A stretch of DNA of 64,000 nucleotides from an uncultured Thermoleophilia bacterium (GTDB lineage: Bacteria; Actinomycetota; Thermoleophilia; UBA2241). Below, piece after piece: positions 59,428 through 64,000 of this stretch. The stretch spans positions 124,989 through 188,988 of the forward strand of contig CAVZSF010000003.1 in NCBI GenBank assembly GCA_963777895.1, written 5' to 3'. Each line of letters opens with the position of its first letter. Position 1 is the first letter of the stretch. The translations under genes and the position numbers were made by a program. The notes under the pieces were generated by a model, which saw only the letters and a list, made by a program, of their open reading frames with translations, searched no databases and was not told the origin of the DNA.

Positions 59428-59934
59428 TCACCAGTCCCGCTTCGCGATCTCGACCACCAGCGGTCGCACGACCTCCCGCAGGTCGGCCGCGCGGATCTTG
59501 AGCATCGTGGTCGTGTCGCCGCCGCCACAGTAGACGACGGACGGCACGAACGCATCCGGGTCGGCGACGCAAGGGATGTCCTGGGCCAGGGCGCAGGGAG
59601 GCACGGCGCCGACGCGGTAACCGGTCGTCTCCAGCACCTGCTGGCCCTTCGCGAGAGCCGCGCGCTCGGCGCCAAGGCGTTGCGCAAGCAGCGCGGTGTC
59701 CACGGCGAGGTGCCCCGGAACGAGAACGAGATACGGCGCGTCGTCGACGAGGAACACCAGCGACTTGACCACGTCGGACTCGGGGACACCGAGCTGCGCC
59801 GCGGCCCGCGCGACGGTCGACGACCGCGCGGGCAGATGCAGGATCTCGTGGGCGACGCCGAGACCGAGCAGGTAGTTGTGGACGTCGCTGGAGGACAGCA
59901 TGAGCACCTCCCGGGAGCCGCCGAAGTCTAGCAC
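59428..59934 (-). CDS. YbaK/ProX-family aminoacyl-tRNA deacylase domain protein
   Basis: …VKSLVFLVDDAPYLVLVPGHLAVD… plus …GAVPPCAL… and a C-terminal …VYCGGG…. The start may be the internal Met at 59901. Confidence 0.65.
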   Translation of the reverse strand: MLDFGGSREVLMLSSSDVHNYLLGLGVAHEILHLPARSSTVARAAAQLGVPESDVVKSLVFLVDDAPYLVLVPGHLAVDTALLAQRLGAERAALAKGQQVLETTGYRVGAVPPCALAQDIPCVADPDAFVPSVVYCGGGDTTTMLKIRAADLREVVRPLVVEIAKRDW

Positions 59935-59973
59935 CCGGAGGTCTGGTCCCGTTCCCGTCGAAGGACCGGTACC

Positions 59974-60726
59974 ATGGCAGGCATGACTGCTGAGGAAGGC
60001 TCGCCCCGACCCAGAGCGACCCGCCGCGTGCGCGCGCGGCGCCTGGCCGCCGACCTGTTGCTCGTCGTCGGCGGCCTGATCCTCGCCTTCCCGCTCTGGT
60101 CCGGCCTGTACACGAGCTGGCAGCAGAGCAGGCTCACCGACGCCTACGCCCAGCGCAGTACGTCCTTCGCCGCGTCCCAGGGCCTCTCCCAGGATGCCCG
60201 GCCCTCACACGGTCTCGCCGACGAGGTCGTCGTCAGGCGGCTGGCCCGGCTGTACGGCGACGAGCTCGAGCCGGGCGATCCGGTCGGCCGGCTCACGATC
60301 CCCCGCATCGGGGTGGACGAGGTCGTCCAGCAGGGAGCGGCCGGGCAGGCGTCGCTTGACCCGGCCGTCGACAAGGAGTTGCTGCGCAACGGCCCCGTTC
60401 ATTACGGGATCACCCCGCTGCCGGGCGCCGGGGAGCCGTTCGCGGTGTCCGGCCATCGCACCACGTACGGCGCCCCATTCTCCCGGCTGGACGCGCTGAG
60501 GCGCGGCGACAAGCTGTACGTGGAGACGCCGTACGCCCGCTTCGAGTACGAGGTCGGCAAGACCACCGTCGTCCTGCCGACCGACGTCACGGTGCTCGCC
60601 GACCGCGGCTACGGTCTCGTCTTGACCACCTGCACGCCGCGGTACAGCGCGAGCCACCGCCTGATCGTCTGGGGCAAGCTGGCCGGAGTGACGATCAAGG
60701 GCGCCGGCGTCCCGGCGCACGACTGA
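59974..60726 (+). CDS. Class E sortase
   Basis: N-terminal TM, a catalytic His region (…VSGHRTTYG…) and the TLTTCTP Cys motif. Confidence 0.75.
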   Translation: MAGMTAEEGSPRPRATRRVRARRLAADLLLVVGGLILAFPLWSGLYTSWQQSRLTDAYAQRSTSFAASQGLSQDARPSHGLADEVVVRRLARLYGDELEPGDPVGRLTIPRIGVDEVVQQGAAGQASLDPAVDKELLRNGPVHYGITPLPGAGEPFAVSGHRTTYGAPFSRLDALRRGDKLYVETPYARFEYEVGKTTVVLPTDVTVLADRGYGLVLTTCTPRYSASHRLIVWGKLAGVTIKGAGVPAHD

Positions 60727-60856
60727 CGCCGCCGGCGCGGCGGCGACACCCTCGGCGCCGGCCATGCAACTTGGCCTGCTGCGACGCTGTTCATCCGCGG
60801 CCCGTGCAGCACGAGCCGCTGCAGCCCGCGGTCACACGCCCCCGCGTCGTCCGCTC

Positions 60857-62107
60857 CTAAGGCCCTGGAGTGCTGCCCGGATATGGGGGCCGCTCCGCCG
60901 AGCTCCCCTCAAGCAGCAGCACCATGAACTGCGCGCCGGGGTCCGCACCGGCGAAGCCGGCGGGCACGAGGGCGAGCCCGTCCGCCAGAGCCATCGAACG
61001 CAGGATCCCGGAGCCCTGCGGGCCGGTCGTCGTGAAGACCCAGCCGCCATCTCGATGCAGCAGCCGGCAGCGGCGCGCCTCCGTGCGTTCCTTGGTGCGC
61101 TCCACGGGTTCCCTCGCGGCCGCGACGACGTAGGGACGATAGAGGTCCGCCCGGCCCTGCAGCGCGAGCAGCGCCGGCCGCACGTACAGCTCGAAGCTGA
61201 CCATGGCGGCCACGGGGTTCCCCGGCACGCCGAAGACGAGCGTCTCGCCGCGCACGCCGAAGGCGAGCGGCTTGCCGGGCTTCGTCGCGACGCCCCAGAA
61301 GCGCCGCTCGACGCCGAGCTCCTCCTGCACCTGCTTGACGAAGTCGAACTCCCCGACGGAGACGCCCCCGCTCGTGATCACGACGTCGTGCTCCAGCGCC
61401 AGGCCGAGCAGGCGGCGCGTCTCGTCCGGGTCGTCGCGGGCGATGCCGAGCAGCACCGGCTCGGCGCCGGCGGCGAGCACCTGCCCGTAGGCCGTGTACG
61501 AGTTCGAGTTGCGGATCTGTCCCGGAGCGAGGGACTCGCCCAGCGGGACGAGCTCGCTTCCGGTCGCCAGGATCGCCACCCACGGCCGGCGCGCGACCGG
61601 CACCCGCTCGTGGCCTGTCGATGCGAGCAGACCGATCTCGGCCGGGCCCAGGTGGGCGCCGCGCGGCAGCACCACGTCGCCGGCGGCGACGTCCTCGCCC
61701 GCGCGGCGCACGTTGGCGCCCGGCGAGACCGCCTCGCGCACCACCAGGGTGTCGCCCTCCTGGGCGGTCAGCTCGACCGGCACCACCGTGTCCACCCCGG
61801 GCGGCAACGGCGCGCCCGTCATGATCTTGGCCGCCGCCCCGGGAGGGACCTTGTCGGCGACGTAGCGTCCGGCCGGGATCTCTACCGTGACGGTGTAGCG
61901 CGTGCGTCCCGAGGCGAGCTCATCGCCGCGCACCGCGTAGCCGTCCATGGCCGAGTTGTCGAACGACGGCACAGGGTCGGTGGCAGTGAGATCCGCGGCG
62001 GCGGTGCGGCCTAGCGCGTCGAGTAACGGCACGCGCTCGACGCCGAGCGGCCGCGCCGCCGCCAGCACCTTGTCCAACGCCTCGTCTATTGTGATCAGCG
62101 GGGTCAT
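60857..62107 (-). CDS. moeA: Molybdopterin molybdotransferase MoeA
   Basis: …SAMDGYAV…, GGVSVG and GLPGNPVAA-type motifs (GVPGNPVAAMVSF). Confidence 0.85.
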   Translation of the reverse strand: MTPLITIDEALDKVLAAARPLGVERVPLLDALGRTAAADLTATDPVPSFDNSAMDGYAVRGDELASGRTRYTVTVEIPAGRYVADKVPPGAAAKIMTGAPLPPGVDTVVPVELTAQEGDTLVVREAVSPGANVRRAGEDVAAGDVVLPRGAHLGPAEIGLLASTGHERVPVARRPWVAILATGSELVPLGESLAPGQIRNSNSYTAYGQVLAAGAEPVLLGIARDDPDETRRLLGLALEHDVVITSGGVSVGEFDFVKQVQEELGVERRFWGVATKPGKPLAFGVRGETLVFGVPGNPVAAMVSFELYVRPALLALQGRADLYRPYVVAAAREPVERTKERTEARRCRLLHRDGGWVFTTTGPQGSGILRSMALADGLALVPAGFAGADPGAQFMVLLLEGSSAERPPYPGSTPGP

Positions 62108-62141
62108 CGCCGGTGAAGTCTCAACTGTTTACGCCACTTAG

Positions 62142-62168
62142 TAAACTCCCCCTGTTGCGAGTCCGATA
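62142..62168 (+). promoter_or_regulatory. Sigma-28 (FliA/WhiG)-type promoter: TAAA-N16-CCGATA
   Basis: gTAAActccccctgttgcgagtCCGATAg lies about 35 nt upstream of a strong AAGGAG RBS and the FlgM-like ORF. The consensus is TAAA-N15-GCCGATAA. Confidence 0.45.
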
Positions 62169-62200
62169 GCGCTAGCAGGAAGCAGGCGAAGGAGCCCGAC

Positions 62201-62389
62201 ATGACCTTCCCCGACGAGCAGCGCAGCATCACCCAGGGACCGCCCTCAGGAGCGACACCCCAGCGCATCGAGACGCTGAAGCAGCTTGTGCGTCACAGCG
62301 CCTACGACGTCCCGGCGGACGAGGTCGCGGCACGCATCATTCGCTACGCCTTCGGCCTTCCCATGCCCATCGCGCGCGGGCGCAACTGA
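62201..62389 (+). CDS. FlgM-family anti-sigma-28 factor-like small protein
   Basis: 62 aa. The C-terminal segment QRIETLKQLVRHSAYDVPADEVAARII resembles the FlgM C-terminal helix region. Strong AAGGAG-N7-ATG start. Its 3' end overlaps the convergent VanZ-like ORF by about 50 nt, which lowers confidence. Confidence 0.45.
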   Translation: MTFPDEQRSITQGPPSGATPQRIETLKQLVRHSAYDVPADEVAARIIRYAFGLPMPIARGRN

Positions 62390-62750
62390 GCACCACCAGG
62401 CCGGCGATCCCGCCGGCCACGTCCGTCGCGAGATCGCCGAGCTGCATGTCCCGGTAGGGCAGCGGCCCCTGCACGAGTTCGACGACCCCGCCCAGCGCCG
62501 CGGTCATGGCGAGCGCCACCACGGCCGCCTTGAGGAAGCTGGGCTGGCCGCGCCGTGCGAGCAGCCAGTCGCCTGCGAGGAACGCGAACACGGCGAACTC
62601 GGCGAAGTGGCCGACGACCGTCGACAGGCTCTCCTCCTCGCCGACCACGGCCTGCAGTGTGTCGTGGGTGGGCACGACGCCGAAGACGAGCACGACCGCC
62701 CCCCATCCGAGCAGCAGCACTGCTCTCCGCCCGGGATCAGGGTCCACGGC
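62337..62750 (-). CDS. VanZ-family membrane protein
   Basis: …VGHFAEFAVFAFLAG… and …LVQGPLPYRDMQLGDLATDVAGGIAG… are VanZ-like. The start is likely an internal GTG near 62750, since the ORF-track N-terminus overlaps the TPK gene. Confidence 0.45.
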   Translation of the reverse strand, partial: AVDPDPGRRAVLLLGWGAVVLVFGVVPTHDTLQAVVGEEESLSTVVGHFAEFAVFAFLAGDWLLARRGQPSFLKAAVVALAMTAALGGVVELVQGPLPYRDMQLGDLATDVAGGIAGLVVLSCARARWAWEGRRRSE

Positions 62751-63537
62751 GCGCCCCGCGGCGATGCGCCCCGAACGTCTCGCCGCCGTCGAAGACGAGG
62801 ACCGCAACGACCCCCTCGTGGACAGCGACGGTGGCTCCAGGTGCGCCGCTGGGCCCGGACGCGGCGGCGCCTCTGGCCACAACGGTGGCCCCGCCTTCCA
62901 CGATGGCCGCGGGCGCGACGCTGTTGCCTAACCCGAGGGTCGCGTCGCACGGGATCGTTTCGTGGGTCAGCCCGTACTCGAACCGCTCGAGCGTGACCAC
63001 CGCGTCACCCGCCAGCGGCAGCAGCGAGACCCTGGCCCCTGGATGCGCGTCGAGGGTCACGGTCTCGCGTGCGACCAGGACGCGGACGACAAGGCTCGGC
63101 GAGGCCAACCGCGCCGGCACGCCGCGCTCGGCGGCGCGGCGCAGCAGGACCAGGTGACCCCACGTGTGGTCGAGGGCGCCGAGGGCGCCGGCGAGGATCA
63201 CCTCGCCGGCGCCGCGGCGCAGCACTTCATCGAGCGCCAGCTCGCCGTCGGTCGCGTCCTTCCTGACAGGGTGGCGGAGGACCTCGGCGCCGGCGCCCGC
63301 CAGGGCGCTGAGGTCCTCTGCTGGAAGCGAGTCGAAGTCGCCGACGAGCAGGCTGGGAACGACGCCGATGCGGCGCAGGAAGCGGGCGCCGCCGTCCGCG
63401 GCGGCGACCACGTTGACGGCCGCCGCGACGGCGGCGTAGTAGGCGTCGTCTTCGTACGTCCCGTCGAGGAAGATCGCCGCCGACACCGGGCCGCCTTCCG
63501 CGCCGCCGCCGCCTCCGTCCGCCGCCACCGCTGGCAC
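62737..63537 (-). CDS. Thiamine pyrophosphokinase
   Basis: …VGDFDS… catalytic motif and TPK-like layout. Gly/Ala-rich N-terminal extension. Confidence 0.7.
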   Translation of the reverse strand: MPAVAADGGGGGAEGGPVSAAIFLDGTYEDDAYYAAVAAAVNVVAAADGGARFLRRIGVVPSLLVGDFDSLPAEDLSALAGAGAEVLRHPVRKDATDGELALDEVLRRGAGEVILAGALGALDHTWGHLVLLRRAAERGVPARLASPSLVVRVLVARETVTLDAHPGARVSLLPLAGDAVVTLERFEYGLTHETIPCDATLGLGNSVAPAAIVEGGATVVARGAAASGPSGAPGATVAVHEGVVAVLVFDGGETFGAHRRGARRGP

Positions 63538-63558
63538 GCGGGCCGCGTGCTGCCGCCC

Positions 63559-63622
63559 AGTCCCCGCGCGCCTCCTCCCGCTCCCCGCGCGCCTCCTCCT
63601 GCTCCCCGCGCGCCCTCACCGG
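63559..63622. repeat. 21-bp direct tandem repeat x3 (GTCCCCGCGCGCCTCCTCCCG / CTCCCCGCGCGCCTCCTCCTG / CTCCCCGCGCGCCCTCACCGG)
   Basis: Located between the partial ThiT-like gene stop and the TPK start. The third unit overlaps the upstream gene's stop. Confidence 0.6.
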
Positions 63623-64000
63623 CCGTCCCCCGGGAAGGCTGCGTCATAGGCGCGCAACAGCGGCGAAAGGAGCAGTGCGGTGACGATCGCCGAGGGCACG
63701 AGATACAGCAGGTTGTACGTGAGGGAGTAGAGCCACGCGGCCTCCCACGCGGGGGCGTATTCGGCGAAGAACAGGAGGCCTGAGAGGAAGTGGAAGAGGA
63801 GACGGGCGCCTGCACCGACGGCGACTGCCGCGACCAGCCGCCAGGCGGCGCCGGGCGCGCCCGGGACCACGCGGACGAGGCCCGCCAGCCCCAAGGCCCC
63901 AAAGGCGAGTGGGTAGTCGAGGGCCGCTTGCACGGGGTGATAGATGTAGGGAGCACCGCCCACGCCGAGCAGCTGCAGGCCGCCGAACAGGGCGCCGGCG
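63616..64000 (-). CDS. ThiT/YuaJ-like thiamine transporter S-component, 5' partial at the window edge
   Basis: The hydrophobic C-terminal region …FHFLSGLLFFAEYAPAWEAAWLYSLTYNLLYLVP… resembles the ThiT family. Adjacent to thiamine pyrophosphokinase. Confidence 0.4.
   Translation of the reverse strand, partial: AGALFGGLQLLGVGGAPYIYHPVQAALDYPLAFGALGLAGLVRVVPGAPGAAWRLVAAVAVGAGARLLFHFLSGLLFFAEYAPAWEAAWLYSLTYNLLYLVPSAIVTALLLSPLLRAYDAAFPGDGR

Noticed and set aside
63559-63622. 21-bp tandem repeats as a CRISPR array
   Set aside because: Only three contiguous units with no unique spacers and no cas genes. It is a simple tandem repeat.
1-64000. Mobile elements, integrases or phage genes; pylT/pylS near the Pyl-type mttB
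   Set aside because: No transposase or integrase-like ORFs. No tRNA-like sequence with a CUA anticodon was found in intergenic regions. Both tRNAs present are ordinary Asp and Val, not flanked by integration signatures.

Overview
This is a high-GC (~70%) chromosomal segment that looks actinobacterial. Supporting genes include a HAD-GH65 OtsB1-like fusion, a UPF0182 membrane protein, a class E sortase, a FlgM/sigma-28-like module and type IV minor pilins. I call about 60 protein genes and two tRNAs (Asp-GTC, Val-TAC), both on the minus strand. No IS elements, CRISPR arrays or rRNA were found.

Major content, left to right:
- 1..2831 (-): a trehalose-type HAD-GH65 (OtsB1-like) gene, partial at the window edge.
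- 2997..12636: cysteine desulfurase-family gene, homoserine dehydrogenase-like gene, membrane and hypothetical genes, an MBL hydrolase, a flavodiiron protein, a GT39-like glycosyltransferase and an archaeal-type ornithine cyclodeaminase-like gene.
- 12837..15200 (+): a full-length but multiply frameshifted quinol-type nitric oxide reductase (qNOR) locus, preceded by a TTGAC-N4-GTCAA FNR/Dnr-type box.
- 15207..19984: DMT and MFS transporters, an ABM monooxygenase, an M20 peptidase and a cupin.
- 20051..23796 and 46805..59384: a large methylamine/corrinoid-methyltransferase theme with six MttB-superfamily genes. Five of these have no internal stop and are presumably non-pyrrolysine; one (52820..54316) carries an in-frame amber codon at the position expected for pyrrolysine.
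- The non-pyrrolysine MttB gene 21399..22841 is flanked by two paralogous Cys-rich Fe-S proteins.
- 43476..45261 (-): a RamA/RACE-type corrinoid reductive activase.
- 37467..46690 (-): lysine 2,3-aminomutase (KamA), four tandem EamA/DMT transporter paralogs, a class III aminotransferase and a BKACE (Kce-like) beta-keto-acid cleavage enzyme; a putative amino-acid racemase lies divergently at 48439 (+).
- 54494..57785 (-): a polar amino-acid ABC importer.
- 28109..31669 (-): a type IV pilus minor-pilin trio.
- 26152..27931 (+): a FetAB-like ABC exporter.
- 35079..37187 (-): a GAF-GAF-GGDEF diguanylate cyclase.
- 59428..64000: YbaK-like deacylase, sortase, MoeA, a FlgM-like small gene with a sigma-28-type promoter, a VanZ-like gene, thiamine pyrophosphokinase and a partial ThiT-like transporter.

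Many genes carry apparent single-base frameshifts, which I read as either sequencing indel errors or genuine pseudogenisation. Coordinates set by hand from the sequence may be off by about one base.
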